A stretch of DNA of 64,000 nt from Conidiobolus incongruus B7586. Taxonomy: Eukaryota. This document shows, piece by piece, positions 51,200-64,000 of this stretch (position 1 is the first letter of the stretch; the number at the start of each line of letters is the position of its first letter). The stretch spans positions 1-64,000 of the forward strand of contig JNEM01013441.1 of the NCBI GenBank assembly GCA_000697335.1. The letters are read 5' to 3'. Below the pieces are notes generated by a model. It ran no database searches. It worked only from the letters and a program-made list of their open reading frames with translations, and was not told the origin of the DNA. The position numbers and the translations under genes are program-made.

Positions 51200-54143
51200 A
51201 TGTGCTTTTGCGGAATGGCGCTTTTTCCATCGAAACACGCTACTCTAATCAATAACTGTTACCCAAGTCAACCTGGGGACTTTATTCCTAAATCTAATGA
51301 ACTATCTTACTTACAATTTTATGCCAATTCAAGACCTGAAAAACTTACTAAAGTAGGTGTATTCTTAGAGAAAAAAATTGTCTCTGACTTATGGAAGAAG
51401 CGAAATGAGTAAGTTTTAATATAATTTTTTTTTTGATAATATTTTCAAACGTTTAAATTTTAATTATATAGTCATGTTCACGTTTCTTTATCTATTTGGA
51501 AATCACTCATTACTTCTAATCCTTCTCAAATCAATTTATTCGCTGACCCTTTTTTAAAATCTATTTATAATATTATATCTTCTAATGATTTATCTCTATT
51601 ACCAGTTGCAACTGAAACGGTAATTTAATATATTAATTCATATTTAGTTATTTTTCTTTTTTTATCTAATTATATGTTTTTTTATTTAGTTAAATACTTT
51701 CTACCAAGTTAAAGGCAAACATGTGATTAATTCAGACCCTGAGATAGCTGATTGTAACTTAAAAATACTCAACTTTTACTCAGATTATGCTTCAAGTGAA
51801 AACCATGATACTTCTTCGAAATTAGCTCAACGTTATTATGGCATTTGGGGACTTTTAGGTATTTCCCAATCTGAAGAATCCCTTTCTTCAGATAGTCAAG
51901 TCTATTTAGAACGAATTGTTCCTTCTATTTTAAAAAACGCTATTAAACCCATTTTAGAAGCTGAAAAACTTGAAGAAAAAATGATTATTCCTGAAGACTT
52001 AAAGCCTCCTACTAATATTTCTCCAGACGATATTAACCGCTTGGCTTCTTATGGACTCAATCAGCTTCTTTGCGGCGGATCCGTCATTCATGTAAAAACC
52101 GTGATGGAACTCATACTCAAATATTTAGATAGTGAAAATGTTTGGGGTCATGAAAAACATGTTACAGATCTTTTACAATTGACATCCAATTCTGTCCAAC
52201 ACCAATATGGCTACATTCCAGTTGCTACAGTATTAAGACATTTTGAAATGGATCACCCTCAGCATAACGATGGAAACTCCAAACAGGAAGAAAACCTCCA
52301 AAACTCCACCCATATTCTAAAAACTAAAACCTTGATCACCGCTCTTGCCTCACTCTTATCAAATAGAAAAAGTTATGTCGGCATTTCTATTTTGGAAATT
52401 TTGAATACTTTAATTATCCAGTTGCTGATCCAAGAGAAAGTGATACACGATGTTGAAAACCAGAAATCATCCCCTGAGAAATGTAGTCTTAAAGATTTGA
52501 AGTGTTTACAAACTAGAACCATTGAATCCATTTCCAGTCTTGGAACTCATATTTATTATAGTGACCAGATAATCGATATCTTAAGCTTTTTAACTAACAA
52601 ACTCAAGGTTAATTCCAGTGTTCCTCACACTAGTGACAATGAAATTGACCATAATCGTATCGTAATCCTAAAGACAATGACTGAGATCATCAGACAGTTC
52701 CATACCCACTATCCTCAAATGGATCCTCCTCCAAAATGCAACCTCTCCCTTTCCATCCTTAACCCCCTCTTCACCCTCTTTACATGCAACGACCCTCTCA
52801 CAAAGTTCCGTCTCAAAGAATTTCTCGTTGAGCTCACAAACAATTTGAGTTTCTATTCCCGTATGGGCACAATTCATGATATTGAATTTGTCAATTCTCT
52901 CAATCAAAATATCTACCAGTACATCCGAAGCATCCAACCTTCCAATTGGATTGACTTGGTGATTATTTTCCAAATACTTGAAGTTATGTATCCTGCTTTC
53001 GGAGATCATGGATTATTTTCAGTGATTCCTCTTCTATTCAAATTTCAGGTATTTCATTTTATTTAACTCAATATTACTTTTCTAATCATGTTATAGGATA
53101 TGGATCCCGATATCGAAGATGTTCTTTTATATAAGCACACTTTGCTCCACAATCTAGTTAATATTCACTTTGACAATCTCGGAACTAAATTAAACAATAA
53201 TGAGTTGAAAGAATACTGTAAATCAATTCAATCTTTAAAACAATCCGACCATCAATGTATTCCCAATCTTTCTGAACTAATGACTGACCCCAATCTTGAG
53301 CAAAAATGGGATTTACCCCTGGAACACGCAATTGCACTCGAAGGAGGTCAGATTGAAAAAAGTGAAGCTTTGAACTTGGTAAGAGGTAGTCATTTACTAG
53401 ATCGTCAAAAGGTTATTTCAATCTTATTGAACGACGTTACACTTAAACCCAATATTACCAAAGAAGTGAAACTTAAACTTTCCCAAGAATATAACCCAGA
53501 AAAGGCTCAACTTGGTAAGATATATTCATGTTTTCACATTCATTTTATCTTACAATTTCATTTAATAGAATTCCAACAAAGTAAATATAGGATCAGATCT
53601 TCTACAACTTTTAGAACTAAATCTAAACCTTCTTCACCAGTAATCTCTTTTATTTACTTTCTCCAAGTTTAAAATTAATCATTTTCTATAAACCATTAGA
53701 AAAGTCCAGCTGGTATTCCTAACACCAATGTTGAACCAGTCAAGATCCTTAAGGTTGAAAGTTTAAAAGAAGCATTAAGTATGTTTTATTAACCCTATAA
53801 TTTGACATATATTCTAACAAATTTGACATTTAGATCCACTTTATACTACTGAAGGAAGCAGTGATATGGATTCCGATTCAGATATTCAAGCAACTTCCCT
53901 TTATAACTCCAGAAGGGTAATTGATCTCATCTTTTCTTATTGTATGATAATTAATTATTTTTAGTCTCCAAGAGAAAATTCACGAGCTGATGTTAACAGT
54001 CTTTTGAAAACAATCAATGGATCTCAAACAACTGGAAGGTAAAACTCAATTCAAATATTTTATTTTTATAGTAAATCTAATTATTATATAGGAGAAGTAA
54101 TATTTCTCTTGTCAATGGACCCAACTTTCCATATAATCATTAA
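51200..54143 (+). CDS. EFR3: Efr3 (plasma-membrane PI4-kinase scaffold), multi-exon
   Basis: N-terminal Cys palmitoylation cluster MCFCG, KHATLINNCYP, NELSYLQFYANSRPEKLTKVGVFLEKK, LGTHIYYSDQIIDIL, and C-terminal VESLKEAL. Confidence 0.88.
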
Positions 54144-56030
54144 GACACTATTTAATCCAACACCCACCACTCCTCCCGTTCGTTCCCTCCCTCTCTTCTC
54201 TTACAACTCACCATCGTTATAAATTCCGCCATCTATTCCTAATGTTTTATTATTGATTTAATCAGTTTATCATTAATCACCATCAATACTAACTAAACTA
54301 TATTCTTTATTAAAATACAATACGAATTCATTCTAAATATTTATTATCAAATTATTATATATTACATCATTTTAAAATATCTCTAATTCCCACTTAATAT
54401 CTTGAAATCAAATTCTTTAGTAAATTTTTTGAATCGCTTATTATTTCATGAGAAAAATTTGTTAATCAAATTATCCAATTTCATGAACATGTAATGTGTT
54501 TATATTCTCTATAAAATTAAAAAGTATAAATATTGTTTTTATCGTTGAATTAATTTGAAAATATTTTCTTAATTCATGAATTCAAACAAATTATTACAAT
54601 TATTTTTAATTGAGTATCCTTTAATATTTATAATAATTTCAATATAAATTTCAATTGATCTGAATAACATTCAAAAATTGAAATGTTATTTTTTTATTCA
54701 TATTATATTAGCACAATTGTAACAAATATAGTTTTTTTAAATATAAACTATTAATTTAAATCAATAAAATTTTAATATTGAAAAAAAAATAAATTGCTCC
54801 TATTAAAGTTTCATATTAACTTCAAACTTTGATTAAAAAATAAATAATATTAGTTGTCATAATGCGATAAAGTGATAAATTATATATATTTAAAATAAAT
54901 TAATCCATCTAAAATTATACATTGATACTTTTGTTAACTATTCACTATTCGTTTTCAATCAATTCATTTAAATACTTAAACTATTTAACAAAATGTAAAT
55001 ATATTCATCATTGAAATTGAATACTATTATTTAATATGGATAGTAGTTATAATAAAAATATATTTAATACAATATATTTTATTTTTAGGAAATTGAATCT
55101 AGACTTATACCACATTGGTCATAAATTCATCATGACCCTTGATAATATATATTTTAAAACATGCTCAATTATTAATTTTGAGGTTTTTATATTTTAACAA
55201 GGAACCATATTTAATATGTTTAATAATTAATATTTTTGAAATTAAAGAAAAAAAAATAATCTTTTAATACAATAATTTAAATTCACTATTAGTTCATATT
55301 GAATAATTTTCATTTTATAGTCAATATAATCAATTTTATTATATAGAAAAAATTATATATTGATGTATTATTAATTTATATTGAAAATAAAGTAAAATAT
55401 ATTTTATTTATAATATAACTCAGTTTTCATACTCAAACTGCATTTATTCAATATTAAAAAATTTGGAAAAATTAAAGAATATATATCATATAAATGATAT
55501 TGAAAATTGTTTTAAAATATTATAATATATATATAGGAAGGTAATTAAAATTTTGATAATTCTCAAACTTTAATTGCTAAAAATTAACAATTAGAATAAT
55601 TATAATATATCAAATATTGTATTCACTGTTTATTTTAATGTAAATATATTGACATTATAATTCTTTATAATTCCTATTTTTATAAAATATACCTGAAAAC
55701 TTTTAAATTATTATATACTAAAATAATATTTTATATTTTAATCAAGCATTTTTAATACTCATAAAATTTGAAAGTGAAACAATATAGTAATCATAATCAA
55801 CTTCAAATTTTATCATTTTAATTACTTTAACTAATCTTGAAAATAATTTTATGTGTACATATGTCACTTAACAAAGCAATTATATCAAACTAAATTTAAC
55901 CAGCTTCATTTTCAAATTGATATATATATATTATATAAACCTTGTTCAATATGATTTGTAATTCAAAAGATTTTAAATCAAAAAATTCTTTTTTCAATTT
56001 GTATAATTATTTAATCTTTAATAAAATTAA

Positions 56031-56056
56031 ATATATATATATATATATATATATAT
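56031..56056. repeat. (AT)n microsatellite
   Basis: About 13 AT units, read directly. Confidence 0.85.
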
Positions 56057-56520
56057 TTAATTTATTATATGAATATTTAATAAAAATATTATTTATATTA
56101 TTATTATTATTATTGTTAATAAAATTATTTTTTTATATCAAAATAATATTTTAAATTTTTTTTGTTAATAATACAGAAATGGTTTGTAATCGTTAATAAA
56201 GGTAATATAATTATTGAATTTGAAATTAATTATTAATAATATCACTAATTTATTATTTATTTGCCAATTTAATAATATTTTAGAGTATAATTGTAGAAGT
56301 TTAAATATTGAAACGAATAAAATAATAATTATTAAAGAAATGAGAGAAAAGAAAATGAAGAGATTGAAAGATTAAAATAAATTGGAAAAGAAATGATATT
56401 ATATTAAATTGAAAAAAAGATTATAAGAGTAAAGTATAAAAAAATGAAAATGAAAATTTGAGAAAATAAACATGTAATATATGAAACATTTATATTATAA
56501 TATTATGATATTAACTTTAA

Positions 56521-56592
56521 GACGTGTTGGCGCAATGGTAGCGCGTCCGCCTCCAGAGCGGAAGGCTGGGAGTTCGAGTCTCTCACGCGTCA
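56521..56592 (+). tRNA. tRNA-Trp (CCA)
   Basis: GACGTGT/ACGCGTC acceptor stem, TCCGC-CTCCAGA-GCGGA anticodon arm, AGTTCGAGTCT T arm. Confidence 0.95.
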
Positions 56593-59500
56593 TTTTTTTA
56601 TCTAATTTTTTCGTTAATACCCTATTTATTTGAATATATTTGTTGTAATTTTACTATTTATTTTGATCATTTATATCTACTTTTTCTCTTTATTGCTTTG
56701 TATATTTTAACTATAATTCGCAAATGATATATATACATATGTTGAATAATATATGATATTTTTATTTTTATTTTTTTATCGATATTAATAAATGATTTAG
56801 TTTAATTTAATATAATTATTTAAATTTGATTTTATATCTCTGATTATTAAGAATTTTATTAATTACCTTTTGAAATTACTATGTTGATAAATTGAATATT
56901 AATTATCAATAGTTAAAATGCACAAAATTAATAAAATTTATTATAACAAATTTATGGTAACTATTTTTTAAAAGATCATATAAATAGTAATTTAAATTTT
57001 TTTGAATTTTCAAAATATATCACCTTCATAATGTGCGAATAACAAAATATAATATTATTGAATCATATAGTATTTTTTTAAAATCTACCTTTTTATAATA
57101 AATATTATTTCAGCATTTCATACTTTCAATTTTAATAATTAATTATTTTCATTTTGATATTCACTAATTCCATAAATCAAGACTGGATATTAATTATAAA
57201 AAAGTTTAGATATTTCTAATATTTAATTGAACAAATAGATTTGATTGTTAAAATATTCTTTTATAAATATTACCAATTACACAATACCAAACTATATCTT
57301 CAAATAATAGAGAGATATATTTTAAATTTGAAGCAATTTTCAGGGTATTCATTTTTGCGATATATTTTCAACAAGAAGATTTTGAATAATAATATAGCCA
57401 AATTTAATAATATTAAAAAAATACCCTTAAAATGGATTATTACGTCAGTTGTCATTAGTATTAAGATTGATTAATAGAAATCATACAATTCATCAAAAAT
57501 GTGATAGTTAAAATATTACTTGATTATGACTCAAAAACGGTTTAGGAGTATGGATGAAATATGAAATTTGACTAGAATAAGTCCAGAGTTCATTCCTAAA
57601 ACTGGTTGATATCTCTAAAATCTTAGCTGCGCTTCGTGTAACCCTAGTAATTTAATTTTTTTAAATAATAAAACCTGAATTTGGATTAAGATAATTAGTT
57701 GAAATTTGATTATTTAGTTATAAGTTGAATTTTATATATTTTTAATAAATTAAATTTATTTTTTGTTGAAAATTATGGAAGTATTGGATGTTAAAATAAT
57801 ATAAATCACTTTTATTGATGTTCTATATAGCATATTTATAACGCCGAAAACATTTTCATAATAATGCTAAGCTAATAATGCATTGAAATAGGCAAAAAAT
57901 TGAATAATCAAAAATTATTCCAATAATTGCCAGAGCACCAGAATCTTTCCTTAAATTTTGCCTAATTCAATTTAAATTTCGTGCTAAGGCAAAGAGGCAA
58001 ATGAATAAACACCTCCTTTATTGAATTAAAAGCTCAGGATACAGTTTAATTGGTTCAATTTTTCAATATGATTTCATCTATAAGAAACGTGAGAATTATT
58101 AAATATTTGGCTTATGTTTAATTTATTGATTAATATCCAAGTCTTTATATTTCATCAATATTAAAATATTCAAATCTTAAAGTGATAATTGAAATATATC
58201 ATAAGAGCTAGTGAATCGATGAATGATTAAAATAATGGAAAAAGTTTCATATTTAATAATTTCCATAACATTGGTTCAAGTTACACAACTTTTGATCATT
58301 TTATTTTGGGTTTTAGTTTTTTAGTTTTTTAGTTTAGATTAAAAGGTCAATAATTGAATAAAAAAATCGGGGATCTTTGATTATTTGTTAATGAATACTT
58401 TTTGATTATGTATACCTGTTATTCGTAACTAAAGAGGTTATTACCAAAAGCTGTTCAACCGAGTACTCGATACTTGTCAATCAAACTTAGATTTTCTCAG
58501 AGTAGATGATCAATGATTGTTATGTGGAGCTCTGTCCAACTTATTTCTCCAAATTCAAAAAGTTTTAGGATAATATTGGGTGGATTAGATATTGGTTGAA
58601 TTTTTCTTATCTTATTGTAATTCCCCAAATTGCTGGCATTTTAATTCAGTCATCATATTTGAGTAATAAGCACAGTTTTATTAATTATTTTATCAAGATT
58701 TTATTAGGATTTTTCAAAAATATTCATTTAACAAGTGATTTTTATGTTTCTTAAAAATAATAAATATCCATATTGGGTAAAACTATTATAGATAAAAAAA
58801 GATGATAAAATGAAAAAAATTGTCAAATTTAGACAAATTTTCAAGATGTCAGAAATTACTCAATTTGCTTAACTCTTCACCACACTAGCTTAGCTAGATT
58901 ACACATTTAGTATTGAATTCTTTTAAAATTCTTAGTATTCTGTCATTTTAAAATATATCGGTATTGATATATTAAATAGATTACTAAGTTCGATACTATG
59001 GAATATATATTAATAATTTTTGATACTTGATAAAGTTAGTGAGAGATAGTACTCTTTTAGTATTTTGTTTACCAAAACGTGAATGGATCAGATTAAATTT
59101 TTTAGAATAATTGCCAAGTCAAGCTTCATGTTTGGAATATGTTTAAATGAATAGTATATAGATATTCAATTAAATAATTAGTTTACTGAGATAGTATTCA
59201 TGTACACAAATTATGTATTATAATGTTAAATCAATATTGTTATAATTTTTCAAATATTATATTTGATTTGATAAATGATATAATTTAATTTAAATTATTA
59301 TATAAATTAATTATAGATTAAAATTAGTTCAACTCCCCTTAATTTTGGTGTCCTACCCTAAGATTCTCCCTCGGCAGTTAAATTTAGCATAATCAACCAA
59401 TGGAATGATAAAATATTAAAATCTGTGATATGGTTACCAATAGAATTAATGTTAATCCTGGGAAATTTTATCATTTTCATCATCCATAATATTGTTAAAT

Positions 59501-59752
59501 CAACCAAATCTCTAAATCCAACAGATAGTAACTTTGGGTTACATTATATAAACCTTCGTTTTCTCCTCACTGCACCCAAATAATTCACAGAAAAACAAAA
59601 GACCTCAATCGTCTCTTCTTTTATTTTATCTAATTGATCATTAAGACCCAACTGCCTTTGGTGTAGTCGGGTCCTTGGAATATTTGTACTTTAATTGATT
59701 GAATCAATTATTCATTTTCCAGTTTATTCAGTTCGCTTAATTAATCTGCTCA

Positions 59753-62700
59753 ATGTCCAAACCTGCCCCTAAAAAGAACGTCAATATTGACGAGCACTTG
59801 CTACCCTTGGAGGAGGTATGCAAGCGCTATGGTACCGATGTCAACGCTCTCAAACCGGATCAGAGTCCAGGTTTGTCCGAAGCCAAGGCCAAAGAAGTGT
59901 TGGCTCAGAATGGCCCCAATATTCTGTCTCCTCCCAAGAAGGTGCACCCAATTGTCCGATTCCTCCACTGTTTGGGAGCTTTATTCAATTTGTTATTGAT
60001 CTTAGCAGGTATTTTAACCTATGTGTTATACGGTATCGATCCTAAGGAAAACGCTGCCAACGTTTACTTGGGTGGTATTTTGATTGGTGTAGCTTTCCTA
60101 AATGCACTGATCGAATTTGTTCAGCTTCAAAAGAGTGCTTCCGTTTTAGAGTCTTTTTTGAGTATGATCCCTCAACAGTGTCGCTTGGTCCGTGAAGGCA
60201 ACTTGAAGCAAGGTGCTGCCGCTGATCTCGTCGTCGGTGATGTTGTATTCGTTAGAATGGGTGACAAAGTTCCCGCTGATTTGCTGCTCTTCCAGTGCAG
60301 TGAACTCAAAGTTGATAATTCTTCCTTAACTGGTGAGTCTGAACCTCAAGAACGTCTTCCTACTAACGATATGCAGAATCCTTTGGAAGCTACTAATATT
60401 GCATTCAACGGAACTTTAGCCGTTGCTGGCGAAGGTTATGGTATTGTTATTCGCACTGGTGATTCAACCGTTTTAGGTCAAATTGCCGGTATGACTCAAG
60501 GTGAAAAGAAGAACCCAAGCCCTCTCTCCGTTGAAATCGACGTCTTCGTTAAAATTATTGCCAGTGTCGCCGCTACCACCGCTATCTTCTTCTTCTGTCT
60601 CAGTTTAGGTGTCGGTCGTAGTATTAATGCCACTTTGAACTTCTCCATCGGTGTTTTCGTTGCCTGGGTTCCTGAAGGTCTTCCTGCTACTGTCACCATG
60701 TTATTGACCCTTGCTGCCAAGAAAATGGCTAGTCAAAATGTATTGGTCAAGGATTTGAAGGGTGTTGAAACTTTGGGTGCTATTACATTGTTGGCTACGG
60801 ATAAGACCGGTACTTTGACCCGTAACCAAATGACCGTAACTAAAATCTGGTCCAATTTAACCATGTATTCCGCACTCCGTAACCTCCAAAACGCTAACAA
60901 TCCCATCAGCGTTGATTCTCCTGGATTGAAGGAAATTATGATGAATTCCGCATTAAATTCCAGAGCCAAATTCGACCGTACTGATGTTCCTATTGAACAA
61001 AGAGAAATCATTGGTGATGCTACGGAATCTGGTTTAACCCGTTTTTCCGCTACCAATCTCGCCGATTTTGACAATAAGCCCGAACAACATCCTAAAGTCT
61101 TTGAAATCCCCTTCAACTCTGATAACAAGTGGGCTATGAGTATCAACATGGTAAGTCATGAAACTGGTGATTTGACTTTATACCTCAAGGGTGCTCCCGA
61201 AAGAGTCCTCCGACTTTGCTCCACCATCCTTATCAATAATCAAGCTATTGAACTCACCGAAGAACACAAAGCCCAATTCATGGAGACTTACGAATACATG
61301 GCTGGCCAAGGTCATCGTGTATTAGCTTTCGCTCAGCTCTTGCTCCCCAGAGATCAATACCCCAAGGATTACGTTTTCAACAAGAAGGAAAAGAACTACC
61401 CCACCAAGGATTTGACTTTTGTTGGTTTAGTCAGTTTGGAAGATCCTCCTAAGCACGGTGTCCGTGAAGCCATCGGTCGCTGCCGTACTGCTGGTATTCG
61501 TGTTATGATGGTTACTGGTGATCACCCTTTGACCGCTGAAGCCATTGGTCGCAAGATCAACTTAATGATTTCCGACACTAAAGAAAAGATTGCCAAGAAG
61601 ACTAACCGTCCTATTGAATCTATTCCTGAATCCGAAGTCAAAGCCATCGTCATTCACGGTGAACAGATCGATAGCTTAACTGATCAGGATTGGGCCAACA
61701 TTTTCGATAAAGAAGAAATCATCTTTGCTCGTACTTCTCCCAAACACAAGCTCCAAATTGTCAAGCGTGCTCAATCTATTGGTCACATCGTTGGTGTCAC
61801 TGGTGATGGTGTTAACGATTCTCCCGCTCTTAAGAAGGCTGATTTAGGTATTGCCATGAACGAATCTGGTTCTGATGTCTCCAAGGAAGCTGCTGCCATG
61901 ATCTTGCTAGATGATAACTTCGCTAGTACTGTCAGAGGTATCGAAGAAGGTCGTCTCATCTTCTCTAACTTGAAAAAGAGTATCAAGTACACCGTTACTC
62001 ACTCCATCCCCGAAGTTATTCCTCAATTGTTGTATATTATCGTCCCCATTCCTCTTCCCTTGAGTTCCATTTTGATTTTGGTTATTGACCTTGGCTTTGA
62101 ATTGTTTGCTGCTCTTTCTTACGCCTGGGACAAGCCTGAAAGCGAAACTGGTCTAATGAAATTACCTCCTCGTAAGCCCGTCACCCCTGGTACCATCGAA
62201 AGATTACACCGTCTCAAGTCCCGTGAACTCAAATTGGAAATTGATCCCGAAACTGGTGAAGAGATTCCCGCCTCTTGGTCTCAAAAATTGTCTCACAATA
62301 TCTCCAGAATGTTTACTGCTGTTTATTGGAAGGAAAAATTCGAAAAGACTGAAGGTGAAGTTATGGTAGATGCCGGTTTGTTATCCTGGGGTTATCTTGA
62401 AGCTGGTGTGATTGAGGCTCTTACCGCTCACATTGCCTACTTCTGGGTCCTTTCATCATTTGGTATTACTCCTTACGATGCTTGGAAGGCTCAAGGTAAT
62501 CAAAGTGAATTCAAATACTGGACTTTGGAAGCTGCCAAATTGGTCACTTCCACGGGCGCTGTATTGGATGGTAAACAGCAAGTTGAAGCTTTAGCTCAAG
62601 CTCAGTCCATTTACTATCTCTCCATTATGATTGCACAGGGTTTCAACTTGTTCGCTTGTAAGTCCAGGATTCGTTACCCATTCGGTAAGCACATGTTCAC

Positions 62701-62989
62701 CAATCTCAAGAACTTCTATGGGTTAGCTATTGGTTTCGCCCTCGGTTTCTGTATTGTGTACATCCCTCCCTTCAACACTGCATTCGGCACCAGCTACCAC
62801 CTCAGCCCACTCTACTGGCTCTGCCCCATCGCTGGAGGTGTTGTCATTGTACTTTACTCCGCCCTCCGCTTCTACATCCAACAGAAACGCAATCCCATCA
62901 AGTGGAATGAAGAAATTCAAGGCTTACAAATGCATCCAACGGTTAGAACTATAGATCAACGTAATCAACAAATCAAAGAAAAATCTTAA
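59753..62989 (+). CDS. P-type IIC-like cation ATPase (Na+/K+- or H+/K+-ATPase alpha-like); intronless
   Basis: VDNSSLTGESEPQ, VPEGLPATVT, DKTGTLT, FEIPFNSDNKW, KGAPERVL, MVTGDHPLTA, FARTSP, TGDGVNDSPALKKAD, IEEGRLIFSNLKKSI. Confidence 0.93.
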   Translation: MSKPAPKKNVNIDEHLLPLEEVCKRYGTDVNALKPDQSPGLSEAKAKEVLAQNGPNILSPPKKVHPIVRFLHCLGALFNLLLILAGILTYVLYGIDPKENAANVYLGGILIGVAFLNALIEFVQLQKSASVLESFLSMIPQQCRLVREGNLKQGAAADLVVGDVVFVRMGDKVPADLLLFQCSELKVDNSSLTGESEPQERLPTNDMQNPLEATNIAFNGTLAVAGEGYGIVIRTGDSTVLGQIAGMTQGEKKNPSPLSVEIDVFVKIIASVAATTAIFFFCLSLGVGRSINATLNFSIGVFVAWVPEGLPATVTMLLTLAAKKMASQNVLVKDLKGVETLGAITLLATDKTGTLTRNQMTVTKIWSNLTMYSALRNLQNANNPISVDSPGLKEIMMNSALNSRAKFDRTDVPIEQREIIGDATESGLTRFSATNLADFDNKPEQHPKVFEIPFNSDNKWAMSINMVSHETGDLTLYLKGAPERVLRLCSTILINNQAIELTEEHKAQFMETYEYMAGQGHRVLAFAQLLLPRDQYPKDYVFNKKEKNYPTKDLTFVGLVSLEDPPKHGVREAIGRCRTAGIRVMMVTGDHPLTAEAIGRKINLMISDTKEKIAKKTNRPIESIPESEVKAIVIHGEQIDSLTDQDWANIFDKEEIIFARTSPKHKLQIVKRAQSIGHIVGVTGDGVNDSPALKKADLGIAMNESGSDVSKEAAAMILLDDNFASTVRGIEEGRLIFSNLKKSIKYTVTHSIPEVIPQLLYIIVPIPLPLSSILILVIDLGFELFAALSYAWDKPESETGLMKLPPRKPVTPGTIERLHRLKSRELKLEIDPETGEEIPASWSQKLSHNISRMFTAVYWKEKFEKTEGEVMVDAGLLSWGYLEAGVIEALTAHIAYFWVLSSFGITPYDAWKAQGNQSEFKYWTLEAAKLVTSTGAVLDGKQQVEALAQAQSIYYLSIMIAQGFNLFACKSRIRYPFGKHMFTNLKNFYGLAIGFALGFCIVYIPPFNTAFGTSYHLSPLYWLCPIAGGVVIVLYSALRFYIQQKRNPIKWNEEIQGLQMHPTVRTIDQRNQQIKEKS

Positions 62990-64000
62990 AACTAATCTTT
63001 CCATACAAAAAATGTTTTTATAATTAAATAGTTAATTCATTTTATACATATATAAATACATATCTATAGTTATTAATTTAATAAACAAATCTTTATCAAA
63101 AATATTACATTTTTTTATTTTTTTTTAATAGTTCACACTGATAATACAATTGATGAATAATAAATAATATTTACTCATTATTTAATACATTATCGCATAA
63201 ATCTTGTCTCTATTTCTATGACTTGTAACACATTAGGCTAACCATAAGCTTGAATTATTTGAATTTATTACTATCATTAAATATTATAATATCTCAAATT
63301 AATAAAATAACATATCAATTTAAATCACGGATAATTGTAATAATAAATTAATTGATTATAATAATTAGTATTTTAACCAATAAACATTCAATATTTTAAT
63401 ATCATAAACAATCGCCAAATCTAGTTAATTTTTACTATTAATAATTGATTAAAATTAGGTGGCGAAATCTTACAAATTTTACCCAATTCAATTCTTCAAA
63501 AGGTTTAATAAATCATTAATTTTAGATCCTATCTATTCCTAAAAATAATTACCTCAATTTGTCTCTATTCAACATAGCTATTTATTTGGAATCAAAAAAC
63601 AGCAACTATTTTTTTAAATTAATATCACTATATAAATATATTTCATAAAATTGATCCAAAGTTTATTATGAATTTACACTTTTTGATTATACACTTGATA
63701 AATCAAGAATTTTGAATCAAATTTGATAACTATATTCTTATTTAAAATTTGAGATTAGTTAATATATTTTTAATAATACTATACTAATTGAAAGAGATAA
63801 TAATTATTCTAACGTTTTAAAATAAATATAAGGCTATAATATTATTAATCTGTCCATTCACAATAATCGATTAATATTTGATATATTAATGTTATCAAAA
63901 AATGAATTAATGAATTTTTAATTTTTAATAAATTTGAAATACTTAAATAGGACGGGAATTTGAAAAATTTTTTTACCAAAAAATATCTTATAAAAGATAA

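Noticed and set aside
46238..57474. Short Ile/Lys/Tyr/Asn-rich ORFs at 46238, 48336, 55942 and 57241
   Set aside because: These are low-complexity translations of AT-rich DNA, several starting at TTG and one spanning a microsatellite.

Overview
A very AT-rich, intron-dense eukaryotic nuclear region with short (mostly 45-65 nt) GT-AG introns. It is most likely from an early-diverging fungus, possibly Conidiobolus-like Entomophthoromycota; the taxon is an inference from composition and gene style. I can support about 18 protein genes: SCI1-like protein, ValRS, a Ctr copper transporter missed by the ORF track, Sam35/metaxin-like protein, SET methyltransferase, complex I 49 kDa subunit, tandem-PHD protein, 3-hydroxybutyryl-CoA dehydrogenase, a Met8-Met1 siroheme synthase fusion, Rit1, GH16 glucanase, scramblase, Nup85-like protein, Wss1, Dsk2, Efr3 and a P2C-type ATPase. 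There are also four tRNA genes. The intergenic DNA hides several mobile-element relics. The most notable is a decayed Fanzor2/IS607-TnpB RNA-guided nuclease gene with candidate 3' omega-RNA hairpins (about 32.7-33.5 kb). The others are a full-length mariner relic with degenerate TIRs and RIP-like C>T/G>A hypermutation (0.75-2.06 kb), a second mariner relic, and a young poly(A)-tailed retroposed insertion with a 14-bp target-site duplication just upstream of the Sam35-like gene. All calls come from reading and translating by eye; no searches were run.
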